DNA of 64,000 nt from an uncultured Gemmatimonadales bacterium (GCA_963741945.1 CAVUKA010000003.1:192001-256000), one strand, 5' to 3'; counted from the stretch's first letter, positions 1 to 10,604 are shown. The notes: generated from the letters alone by a model not told the origin. Translations and numbers: made by a program.

Positions 1-1005
1 CTCGCGGCACGCCTGCTCCCACCCCTTGCTCGCCAGCTTGAACGCGTACCGGAACGTGGCGTTCGTGAGCGCCAGGGTGGACGTGCGCGCCACACCGCCC
101 GGCATGTTCGCCACGCCATAGTGGATCACGCCGTCGATCGTGTAGATCGGGTTCTCGTGCGTCGTGGGCTTGATGGTCTCCACGCAGCCGCCCTGGTCCA
201 CGGCCACATCCACGATCACCGCGCCATCCTTCATCAGCTTCAGGTCCTCGCGCCGCACCAGGTGCGGGGCGCGGGCGCCGGGGAGCAGCACTGCGCCCAC
301 GAGCAGGTCCGCGCGCTCCAGCCAGTTCAGGATGTTGTGCCGGTTGGAGTATATCATCTGGACGTTCGCCGGCATCACCTCGGAGAGGTAGCGGAGGCGG
401 TTGAGCGAGACGTCCAGCATCACCACCAGCGCGCCCATTCCCGCGGCCATCCGCGCGGCGTTCGTGCCCACCACGCCACCACCCAGGATTACCACCGTGG
501 CCGGCTCAACCCCCGGCACGCCTCCCAGCAGGACGCCCCGGCCGCCATGGAGCTTCTCCAGGTACTTCGCGCCCTCCTGCACGGCCATCCGGCCCGCCAC
601 CTCGCTCATGGGTGTGAGCAGCGGCAGCTCGCCCGTGGGCAGCTGCACCGTCTCGTACGCGTTGGCGATGGCGCCCGAATCCATCACGGCGTGCGTGAGC
701 TTCTCGTCCGCGGCGAAGTGGAAGTACGTGAACATCAGCTGCCCAGGCCGCATGCGCGGCCATTCCACCTCGATCGGCTCCTTCACCTTCATGATCATCT
801 CGGCCCGCTGCCAGACCTCGTCGGCCGTTTCGACGATCTCGGCGCCCGTGGACACGTACTGCTCATCCGTGAACCCCGACCCCACTCCCGCGCCCTTCTC
901 CACCAGAACCGTGTGACCCGCGTGCACGAACGCCTCCGAACCGGCCGGCACCAGCGCGATCCGGTTTTCGTTCGTCTTGATCTCCTTCGGAACCCCGATG
1001 ATCAT
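1..1005 (-). CDS. ald: Alanine dehydrogenase (3' end runs off window)
   Basis: Not in ORF track because it is open at the edge. Reverse complement from ATG 1005 reads MIIGVPKEIKTNENRIAL..., with later LPLLTPMSEVAGRMAVQ and GGGVVG Rossmann motif. GAGGAG RBS at 1015-1020. Confidence 0.95.
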   Translation of the reverse strand, partial: MIIGVPKEIKTNENRIALVPAGSEAFVHAGHTVLVEKGAGVGSGFTDEQYVSTGAEIVETADEVWQRAEMIMKVKEPIEVEWPRMRPGQLMFTYFHFAADEKLTHAVMDSGAIANAYETVQLPTGELPLLTPMSEVAGRMAVQEGAKYLEKLHGGRGVLLGGVPGVEPATVVILGGGVVGTNAARMAAGMGALVVMLDVSLNRLRYLSEVMPANVQMIYSNRHNILNWLERADLLVGAVLLPGARAPHLVRREDLKLMKDGAVIVDVAVDQGGCVETIKPTTHENPIYTIDGVIHYGVANMPGGVARTSTLALTNATFRYAFKLASKGWEQACRE

Positions 1006-1021
1006 CGCCCTTTGCTCCTCG

Positions 1022-2260
1022 TTAATGGGCCGGGCCCAGCCGGACCGTCAGCCACTTCGCCGGGTCCAGGTGCTCGGCCGCGATCTCAGCCGTTTCAGCC
1101 TGCGTGACTGCATCAATGCGCGCCGTCAGCTCGTCCACAGTCCGCTGCGGCTCGCCGTTCAGCTCCTGCATGGCCAGGCGGTGCATACGGCCGCCGGGCG
1201 ACTCCATCCCCAGCACCATCTGCCCCTTCACCTGCCCCTTCGCATCCGCCAGCTCGGCGGGCGAGAGTCCGTCGCGGACCACCTCGCCCAGCTCCTGGCG
1301 AATCACCTCCACCGCCCGGTCCGCCCACTCGGGGCGCGTACCAACGTACACCCCCGCCGCGCCGCCGGCGCGGTAGAAGGACTGGAACGTGTAGACCGAG
1401 TAGGCAAGACCCAGCTCTTCTCGCACCCGCTGAAAGAGGCGTGAGCTCATGCCGCCACCGAGTGCGTTCGACAGGAGGATAAGCGCGAAGCGACGCGGAT
1501 CCGCATGGGGGACCGTCCGGCCGCCCATGACGATCTGCGCCTGCGCGCCCTCCCGCTCGATCCGCCGCTCTCCCGGCTCCAGTGGCGGCGGCGGCGCCAC
1601 GGGGGCGGCCCTCTGTCCGTTCGGCACGGCCTCGAACAGCCTCGCCGCGGCGTCCACCATGGCTGCGTGATCTACCGCCCCGGCGGCGGCCACGACCAGG
1701 TTCGGCCGGCGATAGCGCGCATCGTGCACCCGCCGGAGCATCTCCGCCGTCATCCCGCCTACCGTCTCGCGCGTCCCGAGGATGCTGTGGCCATACGGGT
1801 GATCCGCCCACAGGCCCTCGTTGTGGAGCTCGAAGACCAGGTCGTCCGGCGTGTCCTCCACCGTCGAGATCTCCTCCAGCACCACTTCCCGCTCCACCGC
1901 CAGGTCCTCCGGGCGCAGCGCGGGGGAGGCCACCATGTCCGCGAGAACGTCGAGCGCCACTTCCGCGTGCTCCGCCAGCACCCGGGCCTGGAAGCTGGTG
2001 TGCTCTCGCGACGTGTAGGCGTCCAGCGACCCGCCGAGCCGCTCCAGCACCAGCGCGATGTCCTTCGCGCTGCGGCGCCCGGTGCCCTTGAACACCATGT
2101 GCTCCAGCAGGTGCGCCGCTCCCAGCTCCGGCAGCGCCTCGTTCCCCGAGCCATACCGGACCCAAACGCCGACGGAGGCCGAGCGAACCCCTGACATCTG
2201 CTGCGTCAGGACGCTCAGGCCTCCGTCGAGTTCGCTCCGGTCGATGCGATCGTCGCTCAA
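1022..2260 (-). CDS. M16 family zinc peptidase
   Basis: Inverted zincin HLLEH, AYTSREHT, LGGGMSSRLFQRVREELGLAYSV; usual position downstream of pnp. Confidence 0.92.
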   Translation of the reverse strand: MSDDRIDRSELDGGLSVLTQQMSGVRSASVGVWVRYGSGNEALPELGAAHLLEHMVFKGTGRRSAKDIALVLERLGGSLDAYTSREHTSFQARVLAEHAEVALDVLADMVASPALRPEDLAVEREVVLEEISTVEDTPDDLVFELHNEGLWADHPYGHSILGTRETVGGMTAEMLRRVHDARYRRPNLVVAAAGAVDHAAMVDAAARLFEAVPNGQRAAPVAPPPPLEPGERRIEREGAQAQIVMGGRTVPHADPRRFALILLSNALGGGMSSRLFQRVREELGLAYSVYTFQSFYRAGGAAGVYVGTRPEWADRAVEVIRQELGEVVRDGLSPAELADAKGQVKGQMVLGMESPGGRMHRLAMQELNGEPQRTVDELTARIDAVTQAETAEIAAEHLDPAKWLTVRLGPAH

Positions 2261-2273
2261 CCGAACGCCCTCA

Positions 2274-4373
2274 TCACCCCTCGATCTCTTCCAGCGCGGC
2301 CTTCCGCGACAGGCGGAGCCGCCCCTTCTCGTCGATCGCCAGGAGCTTGACCTTCGTGACGTCCCCCACCTTCAGCACGTCCTCGGTCTTCTCCGTGCGC
2401 GCTTCCTGGAGCTCCGAAATGTGGCACAGGCCCTCCGTGCCCGGGGTGATCTCCACGAACGCGCCGAACGATGTGGTGGTCTTCACGACGCCCTCGTAGA
2501 TCCGCCCCACTTCGGGCTCCTCCACGATCGCCTCCACCATCTGCTTCGCCCGCTCGCCACCCTCACCGCCGGGGCTCGAGATCATGACCGTGCCATCATC
2601 GTTGATGTCGATCTTCGCACCCGTCTCCTCCTGGATCCCGCGGATCGTCTTCCCCTTCGGACCGATCACTTCGCCGATCTTCTCGGGGTTGATGTGGATC
2701 GTGATGATCCGCGGCGCGAACTCGCTCAGCTCGCCGCGACCCTCCTTGATCGCGCCGTCCATCACGTCCAGGATGTGCAGCCTCGCCTTCCGCGCTCGCT
2801 GCAGCGCCTCCTTCATGATGTCCACCGTGAGGCCCTCGATCTTGATGTCCATCTGGATCGAGGTCACACCCTCGCGCGTGCCCGCCACTTTGAAGTCCAT
2901 GTCCCCGAGCGCGTCCTCCACGCCCAGGATGTCCGTCAGCACCGCGACCTGGTCACCCTCCTTGATCAGGCCCATGGCGATCCCCGCCACCGCCGCCTTT
3001 ACGGGAACGCCCGCGTCCATCAGCGACAGGCTCGCCGAGCATACGGTGGCCATGGAGCTCGACCCGTTCGATTCCAGGATCTCGCTCACCACCCGGATCG
3101 TGTACGGGAAGTCCTCGTACGCCGGCAGCACCGGCTGGACGGCTCGCTCGGCCAGATGGCCGTGACCGATCTCCCGGCGGCTCGTGCCCCGGATCGGCTT
3201 CGCCTCACCCGTCGAGAACGGCGGGAAGTTGTAGTGCAGCATGAACGACTTCGACGTCTCCGCGGGCACGTCCACCGTGTCCACCCGCTGCTCGTCCGCG
3301 CTCGTTCCCAGCGTCACCACACCCAGCGACTGCGTCTGCCCGCGCGTGAACAGCGCGGAGCCGTGCACCCGCGGCAGCAGGCCCACCTCGGCCGTGATGT
3401 CGCGGACCTCGTCCAGGCCCCGGCCATCGATCCTCTTGCCCGTCTCCAGCACCTGCCGGCGCATGAGCTGCTTCTCCGTGGACCGGAGCTGCGCCTTGAT
3501 CGCCGCTTCGTGCTCCTCCTCGCCGAACTCGCCGCTGAGCTCCGCCAGGACGTCGTCACGGACCAGGCTCAGCGCCTCGTTCCGCGCGCTCTTGTCCTCC
3601 ACGTTCAGTGCCTCACGCACCCGCGCCAGCGCCACATCCTCCACGCGCGTCCGCAGGTCCTCCGGCACCTGCACGTCCGGCGACCACGCCATCTCCTCCG
3701 GCACGTCCAGTGTCGACAGGATCTCCTTCTGGATTCCGATCAGCTCCTTGATCCCCGCGTGCGCCGCCTCCAGCGCTTCCACCAGGTCCTCCTCCGGGAC
3801 CTCCAGCGTGCCGCCCTCCACCATCGTGATCGCGTTCTCCGTCCCGGCCACGATCAGGTCGACATCGCTGTACTCCAGCTGCTCGAACGTCGGATTCAGC
3901 ACCCACTGCCCGTTCAGCCGACCGATCCGGACCGACGCCACAGGCGTGCTGAACGGGATCTTCGACATGTTCAGCGACAGCGAGGCGCCGAGCATCGCCG
4001 GGACGTCGCCGTTGTTCTGCTGGTCCGCGCTGACCACGTAGATGACCAGCTGGGTCTCGTGCATGAAACCCTTCGGGAACAGCGGACGCAGCGGCCGGTC
4101 GATCAGCCGCGCCGTCAGGATCTCCGTGTCGCTCGGACGACCCTCCCGCTTGATGAACCCGCCCGGGTACTTCCCGGCCGCGTACATCTTCTCCCGGTAC
4201 TCCACGGTCATCGGGAAAAACGGCAGGTGCGTCGGGGAATCCTGCACGGTCGCCGCGCAGATCACCGTGGTCTCCCCGTACTGCACCAGCGCCGACCCGT
4301 GGGCCTGACGCGCCATCTTCCCCGTCTCGATCACCAGCTTCCTGCCGGCGAACTCCCGTTCCACTCTCTTCAT
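2274..4373 (-). CDS. pnp: Polyribonucleotide nucleotidyltransferase (PNPase)
   Basis: FFPMTVEYRE, RLIDRPLRP, RREIGHG, SNGSSSMA, GDMDFKVAG, KH and S1 domains. Confidence 0.98.
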   Translation of the reverse strand: MKRVEREFAGRKLVIETGKMARQAHGSALVQYGETTVICAATVQDSPTHLPFFPMTVEYREKMYAAGKYPGGFIKREGRPSDTEILTARLIDRPLRPLFPKGFMHETQLVIYVVSADQQNNGDVPAMLGASLSLNMSKIPFSTPVASVRIGRLNGQWVLNPTFEQLEYSDVDLIVAGTENAITMVEGGTLEVPEEDLVEALEAAHAGIKELIGIQKEILSTLDVPEEMAWSPDVQVPEDLRTRVEDVALARVREALNVEDKSARNEALSLVRDDVLAELSGEFGEEEHEAAIKAQLRSTEKQLMRRQVLETGKRIDGRGLDEVRDITAEVGLLPRVHGSALFTRGQTQSLGVVTLGTSADEQRVDTVDVPAETSKSFMLHYNFPPFSTGEAKPIRGTSRREIGHGHLAERAVQPVLPAYEDFPYTIRVVSEILESNGSSSMATVCSASLSLMDAGVPVKAAVAGIAMGLIKEGDQVAVLTDILGVEDALGDMDFKVAGTREGVTSIQMDIKIEGLTVDIMKEALQRARKARLHILDVMDGAIKEGRGELSEFAPRIITIHINPEKIGEVIGPKGKTIRGIQEETGAKIDINDDGTVMISSPGGEGGERAKQMVEAIVEEPEVGRIYEGVVKTTTSFGAFVEITPGTEGLCHISELQEARTEKTEDVLKVGDVTKVKLLAIDEKGRLRLSRKAALEEIEG

Positions 4374-4458
4374 TCTCTGACTTGCCTTTCGCTTGCCGCA
4401 TTCCGCACCCGGCCGCCCCTCGGCGACCGGGCTGTCGATCGCGCCCTCCCCGCCGGTC

Positions 4459-4719
4459 CTAGTGCCGCAGGCCGAGGTCTTCGATCAGGTTTCTGTACTT
4501 GTCCACGTCCGTCCGCCGAAGGTAATCCAGCAGACGACGGCGCCGCCCGACCATCTTGAGCAGCCCTCGCCGGCTATGGTGATCCTTCTTGTGCTTTCGG
4601 AAATGATCGGTCAGGTCGTTGATGCGCGCCGTCAGGATCGCTACCTGGACGGGCGCGCTGCCACGGTCGGTGGGATGAATCTGGTACTTCGTGATGATGT
4701 CTTCTTTTTCGATCGCCAT
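4459..4719 (-). CDS. rpsO: 30S ribosomal protein S15
   Basis: [36 protein letters not shown]. Confidence 0.98.
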   Translation of the reverse strand: MAIEKEDIITKYQIHPTDRGSAPVQVAILTARINDLTDHFRKHKKDHHSRRGLLKMVGRRRRLLDYLRRTDVDKYRNLIEDLGLRH

Positions 4720-4926
4720 CGTCCCCTGCCTCTCCGAGAGTCTTACGCTGATCGGGAAGCGTGCTTCCTGATACCCACAGTCTTGTAAAATACTAAGAAC
4801 TCCCCAGCCCTGCCACCCCCGCGCGGCCGCTCATGCCTGCTCCCTTCGTGCGCTTCGACACTTCGCGCGCTTCGTGTCACGCCGTTGGCACTGCGGGCGC
4901 CCGCAAAGCCTCCTGCGCCCCCTCCC

Positions 4927-5862
4927 TCACCCGAGCCGCCGCTTCGCCTCCGCGCAATCCGCCTCGATGGCCTGGACCAGCTCACCGACGTTCGCGAAGC
5001 GGTGGATCTCGCGCAGCCAGGCCACGAACTCCACGCGCACCTCCTCGCCGTAGATATCGCTCTCGAAGTCGAACAGGTGCAGCTCGATCGACGGCGGGGC
5101 GCCGCGGAACATGGGCCTGGGGCCGAGGTGCAGCACGCCATTGAACGAGCCGCGCCGCAGCGTTGCGCGAACGGCGTAGACGCCCTCGTGGGGCAGGAGT
5201 TTGTCCCCGTTCGGCACGTGGATGTTGGCCGTGGGGAAACCGAGTGCGTGACCGCGGCCGTCGCCCCGGACCACGGGGCCGCGCAAGGAGTACGGGCGAC
5301 CGAGAGCGGCGGCGGCGTCCTCGACCCGCCCTTCCGCCACGGCAGCGCGGATCTTGGACGAGGAGACGGCGTCGCCCTCGTTGCGGAGCGCCTGGACGAC
5401 TTCGACGGTGAAACCCATCTCCTCGCCGATGCCCTGGAGGGTGTCGACGTCGCCGGAGCGTCCGCGTCCGAAGCCGTGATCATACCCGATGACGAGGTGC
5501 CGCATGCGGAGGCGGCCGATCAGGATCTCCCGCACGAACCGCTCGGGCGGATACCCCTGGAGCACTTTGGTGAAGGGGATGAAGACGGCGTAGTCCACGC
5601 CGGACTCCGCGAGGATCTCCGTCTTCTCGACGGGGGTCGTGAGCAGCCTGGGCGCGGATCCCGGCCGGACCACGCGCAGCGGGTGCGGGTGAAAGGTGAC
5701 GAGCACCGCCGGCAGGCCTTCCCGGCTCGCGCGCGCGCGCAAGTGCTCCAGCACCTGCCAGTGGCCGCGGTGGACGCCATCGAACGTCCCGACCGTCACG
5801 GCCGTCGCCCGATGATTGGGTGGGATCCCCGACGGGAGCGCCGGATCGATGGCGTAGTTCAC
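4927..5862 (-). CDS. ribF: Bifunctional riboflavin kinase/FAD synthetase
   Basis: GTFDGVHRGH, GYDHGFG, SSSKIR, GFPTAN. Start set at GTG 5862, overlapping the truB stop (GTGA). Confidence 0.95.
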   Translation of the reverse strand: MNYAIDPALPSGIPPNHRATAVTVGTFDGVHRGHWQVLEHLRARASREGLPAVLVTFHPHPLRVVRPGSAPRLLTTPVEKTEILAESGVDYAVFIPFTKVLQGYPPERFVREILIGRLRMRHLVIGYDHGFGRGRSGDVDTLQGIGEEMGFTVEVVQALRNEGDAVSSSKIRAAVAEGRVEDAAAALGRPYSLRGPVVRGDGRGHALGFPTANIHVPNGDKLLPHEGVYAVRATLRRGSFNGVLHLGPRPMFRGAPPSIELHLFDFESDIYGEEVRVEFVAWLREIHRFANVGELVQAIEADCAEAKRRLG

Positions 5863-6722
5863 GCGAAGACCTTCCGGGGCCGGACGGTCCGGCCGTCGCT
5901 TTCGCCCACGGCCACGAGGTCTTCGCCCGCAGCCAGTGCGACGAGGCCGCGTGGCGCCTGGTCGTCGGCGACGAGCGGCTGGCCGAGGCGAACCCTTCGC
6001 TCCTCCTCTCCGCTCAGCTGGATCGTCGGCCACCCGGCCAGGGCATCGAGCGGCGAGAGCAGCGCGTCCTGCACCAAACCGGCGTCCTCCAGCTGCGCCG
6101 TGGCGATGGCATGGTCCAGCCGGAACGGACCGACGCTCGTCCTTCGCAGCTCGGTGAGGTGGGCGCCCACACCCAGGGCGGCGCCAGCGTCGCGGGCGAT
6201 GGCCCGGACATAGGTGCCGCTGGAGCAGCGGAGCTGGAAACGGACCTCGTCGCCTTCGATGGCAATCACCGTGAGATCGTGGATGGTGATCTCCACCGGC
6301 TGCAGCCGGACTTCATCTCCGCGGCGCGCCAGCTCGTACGCTTTGCGGCCACCCACCTTCTTGGCGGAGAATGCCGGCGGTGTTTGCAGCCGGGTGCCCT
6401 GCTGCGCTTCGAACGCTCGCCGCACTGCGGCCGGATCGAGGGAGCGCCACGCGTCGGATGTCGCGACCACTTCGCCCGTGTGGTCGAGCGTGTCCGTGGC
6501 GACTCCGAGGCGTGCGGTGGCGTGGTACTCCTTCTCGAGTCCCGAGAGGTACTCCGCCAGTCGGGTGGCGGCGCCCAGGCAGAGGACGAGCAGGCCACTG
6601 GCGAACGGGTCCAGCGTCCCCGTGTGGCCGATGCGCCGCTCCCGCAGCGCGCGTCGCGCCATCGCCACTACGTCATGGGAAGTCGGACCCACCGGCTTGT
6701 CCACGGGGAGAACACCGATCAT
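5859..6722 (-). CDS. truB: tRNA pseudouridine(55) synthase
   Basis: DKPVGPTSHDVV, GHTGTLDPFASG, CSSGTYVR. Confidence 0.96.
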   Translation of the reverse strand: MIGVLPVDKPVGPTSHDVVAMARRALRERRIGHTGTLDPFASGLLVLCLGAATRLAEYLSGLEKEYHATARLGVATDTLDHTGEVVATSDAWRSLDPAAVRRAFEAQQGTRLQTPPAFSAKKVGGRKAYELARRGDEVRLQPVEITIHDLTVIAIEGDEVRFQLRCSSGTYVRAIARDAGAALGVGAHLTELRRTSVGPFRLDHAIATAQLEDAGLVQDALLSPLDALAGWPTIQLSGEEERRVRLGQPLVADDQAPRGLVALAAGEDLVAVGESDGRTVRPRKVFA

Positions 6723-7126
6723 CCTTCGTCGGCCTCTTCGGCAGAGCCGTTCTCACCCTCCTCCGGCGCCGGTTCCTCCTCGGGGCCCGGAGCTACTTCC
6801 GACAGCAGCGCCTCGATCCGGAGCGCGTGCTCCAGGCTGCGGTCCCGCTCGAACCGGAGCTCCGGGACGCGCCTCAGTTCGATCCTGCGTGCCAGCGCGC
6901 CGCGGATGAACGGAGTCGCGGCTTGCAGCCCTTCCATGCTCTCCTCGCGATCCTCCTCGTCGCCCAGGAGCTGCACGAAGGCGCGCGCCAGCGTCAGGTC
7001 GGGGGCGGTCACGACCCGCGTCACCGTCACGGCGCCGATGCGCGGATCCTTCACCTCGCCATGGAGGATCTCGGAAAGCTCCCGCTTCAGCTGCTCGTTG
7101 ATCCGTTCAATCTTGTGACTCGCCAT
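6719..7126 (-). CDS. rbfA: Ribosome-binding factor A
   Basis: VKDPRI, DLTLARAFV, RVPELRFERDRS; context. Confidence 0.95.
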   Translation of the reverse strand: MASHKIERINEQLKRELSEILHGEVKDPRIGAVTVTRVVTAPDLTLARAFVQLLGDEEDREESMEGLQAATPFIRGALARRIELRRVPELRFERDRSLEHALRIEALLSEVAPGPEEEPAPEEGENGSAEEADEG

Positions 7127-7166
7127 ACCCGATGCATACGGCGGCGGACGCCTGGCGCCCGCCGCC

Positions 7167-7448
7167 TCAGTAGAAGATGCGATACGTATCGATGATCCGC
7201 CCGGCCACTTCCGATTCCACGAGCCGGTCGGCGCGATCCAGGATCGACTCGGCGCGGCGCCGATCCGTGGCCACGGTGCACGCGGTGATCTCGGCCCTCT
7301 GCCAGAGATCCTGGTGACCCGTCTCGGCCACCGCGAGGTTCAACTTCGAGCGCAGGCGGTCCTTGAGGCTTTTCACCACGGACCGCTTCTCCTTCAGCGA
7401 CCGGGCCTCGAAGATCTGGAGATCCCACCCGATCACGCCGACAACCAC
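7167..7448 (-). CDS. DUF503/YlxP family protein
   Basis: SLKEKRSVVKSLKDRL...AVAETGHQDLWQR; lies between infB and rbfA. Confidence 0.9.
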   Translation of the reverse strand: MVVGVIGWDLQIFEARSLKEKRSVVKSLKDRLRSKLNLAVAETGHQDLWQRAEITACTVATDRRRAESILDRADRLVESEVAGRIIDTYRIFY

Positions 7449-7471
7449 GCTTCAGCGCTCCAGCCCCGGGC

Positions 7472-10273
7472 TCACGCCCCGCCCGTGCCGCTGGCCGTGC
7501 TGGCGAGGGTACGGGCGATCTCCTCCACGGTGAAGCACTCGATGACGTCTCCGACCTTGATGTCGTTGTAGCCGTCGATGCTCATGCCGCACTCGAACCC
7601 CTCGCGCACTTCACGAACATCATCCTTGAAGCGCTTGAGACTCCCCAGCTGCCCCTGGTAGACCTGGATCCCGTCGCGCACCAGCCGCACCGGCTCGCCC
7701 CGCCGGATCACGCCCTCCGTGACATAACAGCCCGCCACGGTCCCGGCCCGCGGGACACGGAACAGCTGCCGCACCTCCGCCGCGCCCAGCAGCTTCTCCC
7801 GCTCTTCGGGTGCGAGCATCCCTTCCAGCGCCGAGCGCACGTCCTCGATCGCCTCGTAGATGACGTCGTAGACGCGGACATCCACGTCCTCCTGCTCCGC
7901 CACCTGCCGGGCATCCGCGTCGGGGCGGACATGGAAGCCGATGATGATCGCGCCGGCCGTTGCAGCCAGCAGCGCGTCGGAGCGGTTGATCGCGCCCACG
8001 CCGCGATGGATCACGTCGACTTCCACCTCGTTCGTGCCCAGCTGTTCAATGGAGTCGGCCAGCGCCTGCACCGACCCATCCACGTCGCCCTTGATCACCA
8101 CGTTGAGCTGCGCGGTCTGACCCGCGGCCAGCAGCTGACTGATGTCGGTCAGCTTCACGCCGCGGCTCTTGATCCGCAGCTTCTTCTCGCGCTCCAGCCG
8201 CTGACGCGTCTGCGCGATCTCCGCCGCGCGCTCCGGCTCCATGACCATGAGCTTGTCGCCCGCCTGCGGCACGCCGTTGATCCCGAGCACCTGCGCCGGC
8301 ATTCCCGGGCCGACCTCGTCGACGTGGTTGCCCCGCTCGTCCAGCAGCGCGCGCACCCTGCCGCCGTGCAGCCCGCACACCAGGTCGTCGCCCACGTGGA
8401 GCGTTCCGTTGGTCACCAGCACGGTGGCTACGGGGCCCTTCCCGACATCCAGCTCGGCTTCGATGACGATCCCGTGAGCCTCACGGTCCGGGTTCGCCTT
8501 CAGCTCCAGCAGCTCGGCCTGGAGGAGCACCTTGTCCAGCAGCTCGTCGAGGCCCTGGCCCGTCTTCGCGCTCACCGGCTGGGCCAGCACGTCGCCGCCG
8601 AACTCCTCCACCACCACGCTGTGCTCGAGCAAGGCCTGCTTCACGCGATCCGGATTCGCTCCCGGCAGATCGATCTTGTTGATCGCCACGATCATGGGCA
8701 CGCCCGCGTTCCGCGCGTGGCTGATCGCTTCCACCGTCTGCGGCATCACGGCGTCGTCCGCGGCAACCACGAGGATGACCACGTCCGTCACGTCCGCGCC
8801 CCGCGCCCGCATCGCGGTGAACGCCGCGTGGCCCGGGGTGTCGAGGAAGCTGATCGACCGCCCGTCGTCGAGCGTGACGTGGTAGGCGCCGATGTGCTGC
8901 GTGATGCCACCGGACTCGCCCGCGATCACGTTCGTCTTGCGGATGTGGTCCAGCAACGAGGTCTTGCCGTGGTCCACGTGACCCATCACGGTCACCACCG
9001 GCGGGCGAGGCGCCAGGTCTTCCGGCCGATCCTCGACTTCCTCCTCGTCCAGCTCGCCCTCGTACTCCTCCTCGCGCACCGCCTGGAACCCGAACTCGTC
9101 CAGCAGCAGCTCGATCTGGTCGAAGTCCAGCCGCTGGTTGATGGTGACCATCATGCCGAGGTTCTTGAACGCGCTCGCGATGATCTGTGACGCGTTCTCG
9201 TCGATCAGCTCCGCCAGCTCCGCCACGGTCAGGAACTCGTTCACCCGGACGGTCTTCGCCTCCTCGGCCGCCACCCGCTGCCGCTCGGCCTCCTGCTGCT
9301 CCCGCTCCTCCGATCCGTGCCGCGAGCGACGGCGCTTGCTCCGGCCGCTGCTCCCGCCACCCTTGATCTCGGCCATCACGCGCTGCACGTTCTCCTGCAC
9401 CGCGCCCTGGTCCACCCGGGCCCGCCGCTTCTTCCGCTTGTCCTTCTTGCGTTGTCCGTCCGGAGTGTACCCCTCGGCCTGGATCCGGACCTTCCCACCG
9501 GGCCCCGCGCTCGCGGCCGGCGCCAGGCCGGGCAGCGATTCCGAAACCCGCTTCGGGCGACGCTTCGGCTTCTCCTTCGGCTCCTCCGCCTTCGGCTTCG
9601 CCTCTGCCGCTGCTTCCGCCGGCGCTTCTGCTTCCGCGACCGGGGCTTCCGTCTCTTCTTCCTGCTCCTCCGCGTCCCGCTCTTCGGCGGCTTCCGCAGC
9701 GGGCACTTCCACGACCTCTTCCTCGGCCTTCTTCGGGCGCACCGCAACCGGCTTCTTCCTGGCTGCCGGCGCCTTCGGCGCCTCCTCCTCCGCTGGCGCT
9801 TCCGCCTCCTCGGCCGTCGGCGCCTCCTCGGCCGCCGGCACCTCCTCGACCGTGGCTGCCTCCTCGGCCCCCACCTCGGGTGCCTCTGCTTCGGCCGCGG
9901 CCTCCTCGGGGGCGGCCTCGGCTTCCGCCGTCACCGGCTCCTCGGCGCCCTCGTCGGCGCCCTCCACGCCGCCCTCCACGGCCAGCTCGCCGGCTTCCGT
10001 CTCGACGCCCTCTTCTTCCGGCTCGTCGCTCTTCCGACGACGGCGACGCCGCCGCGTCGGGGCCTGCGCGTCTTCGATCGCCGCTTCGACCACCTCCACC
10101 GCATCGGAAGCACCCGCCCGCCTCTGCCGCTCGAAGCGAGCCCGTAGCTTCGCGATCACCGTGTCGTCCACGGTGGATGCCTCCGAGCGCACGGCCGCAC
10201 CCATCTCCCTCAGGAGCTGGATCAGGCTGTCCGCCGGAACGCCGAATTCCCTGGCTACCTCGTATACGCGCAT
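7472..10273 (-). CDS. infB: Translation initiation factor IF-2
   Basis: GHVDHGKTS, DTPGHAAF, NKID, SLKRFKDDV. Start at MRVYEVARE (ATG 10273) with GGAGG upstream. Long Glu/Ala-rich N-terminal linker. Confidence 0.98.
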   Translation of the reverse strand: MRVYEVAREFGVPADSLIQLLREMGAAVRSEASTVDDTVIAKLRARFERQRRAGASDAVEVVEAAIEDAQAPTRRRRRRRKSDEPEEEGVETEAGELAVEGGVEGADEGAEEPVTAEAEAAPEEAAAEAEAPEVGAEEAATVEEVPAAEEAPTAEEAEAPAEEEAPKAPAARKKPVAVRPKKAEEEVVEVPAAEAAEERDAEEQEEETEAPVAEAEAPAEAAAEAKPKAEEPKEKPKRRPKRVSESLPGLAPAASAGPGGKVRIQAEGYTPDGQRKKDKRKKRRARVDQGAVQENVQRVMAEIKGGGSSGRSKRRRSRHGSEEREQQEAERQRVAAEEAKTVRVNEFLTVAELAELIDENASQIIASAFKNLGMMVTINQRLDFDQIELLLDEFGFQAVREEEYEGELDEEEVEDRPEDLAPRPPVVTVMGHVDHGKTSLLDHIRKTNVIAGESGGITQHIGAYHVTLDDGRSISFLDTPGHAAFTAMRARGADVTDVVILVVAADDAVMPQTVEAISHARNAGVPMIVAINKIDLPGANPDRVKQALLEHSVVVEEFGGDVLAQPVSAKTGQGLDELLDKVLLQAELLELKANPDREAHGIVIEAELDVGKGPVATVLVTNGTLHVGDDLVCGLHGGRVRALLDERGNHVDEVGPGMPAQVLGINGVPQAGDKLMVMEPERAAEIAQTRQRLEREKKLRIKSRGVKLTDISQLLAAGQTAQLNVVIKGDVDGSVQALADSIEQLGTNEVEVDVIHRGVGAINRSDALLAATAGAIIIGFHVRPDADARQVAEQEDVDVRVYDVIYEAIEDVRSALEGMLAPEEREKLLGAAEVRQLFRVPRAGTVAGCYVTEGVIRRGEPVRLVRDGIQVYQGQLGSLKRFKDDVREVREGFECGMSIDGYNDIKVGDVIECFTVEEIARTLASTASGTGGA

Positions 10274-10298
10274 GCTCTTCCTGCTACCTCCAGTTACA

Positions 10299-10604
10299 TC
10301 AATGCTGTTGCTCGCCACCGGCCAGCAACGCCTGGAGCCGCCTCGCGAATCCCGGCTCCCGAATACCCACTGCCGCCACGGGCGCTCGCCCCACCGCCGT
10401 GCCCAGAGCGGACTTCGTGTACCGCATTACGAACGCAACCCCACGCGCCTCGAGCGGCGGAACCAACTTGTCCCGCCCCGTGGCCGTGAGGTCGCTCGCC
10501 ACGAATGCGAATCGCAGCCGACCCCCGCGCAATGCTTCCCGTACCGCGGGCGTTCCCGCAGCCACCGCACCGGCCCGGGCCGCGAGGCCGAGCAGCTGCA
10601 GCAC
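10299..10604 (-). CDS. L7Ae/YlxQ family RNA-binding protein
   Basis: LLGLAARAG, VASD, LGTAVGR...AVGI...GFA; between nusA and infB. Confidence 0.88.
   Translation of the reverse strand: MLQLLGLAARAGAVAAGTPAVREALRGGRLRFAFVASDLTATGRDKLVPPLEARGVAFVMRYTKSALGTAVGRAPVAAVGIREPGFARRLQALLAGGEQQH

Noticed and set aside
2058..4559. Very long plus-strand ORFs antisense to real genes (833 aa here; also 24165-26924, 48261-50999, 44247-46022)
   Set aside because: Shadow ORFs caused by high GC and codon bias; they have no protein motifs and the opposite strand carries clear conserved genes
7140..7166. 12-bp GC hairpin between DUF503 and rbfA
   Set aside because: No U-tract and no second copy noticed, so it cannot be called a terminator or REP element
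9560..10030. Repetitive GCCTCCTC-rich tract suggesting a repeat array
   Set aside because: Encodes the Glu/Ala/Pro-rich IF-2 N-terminal linker; no fixed repeat-spacer structure, so not CRISPR
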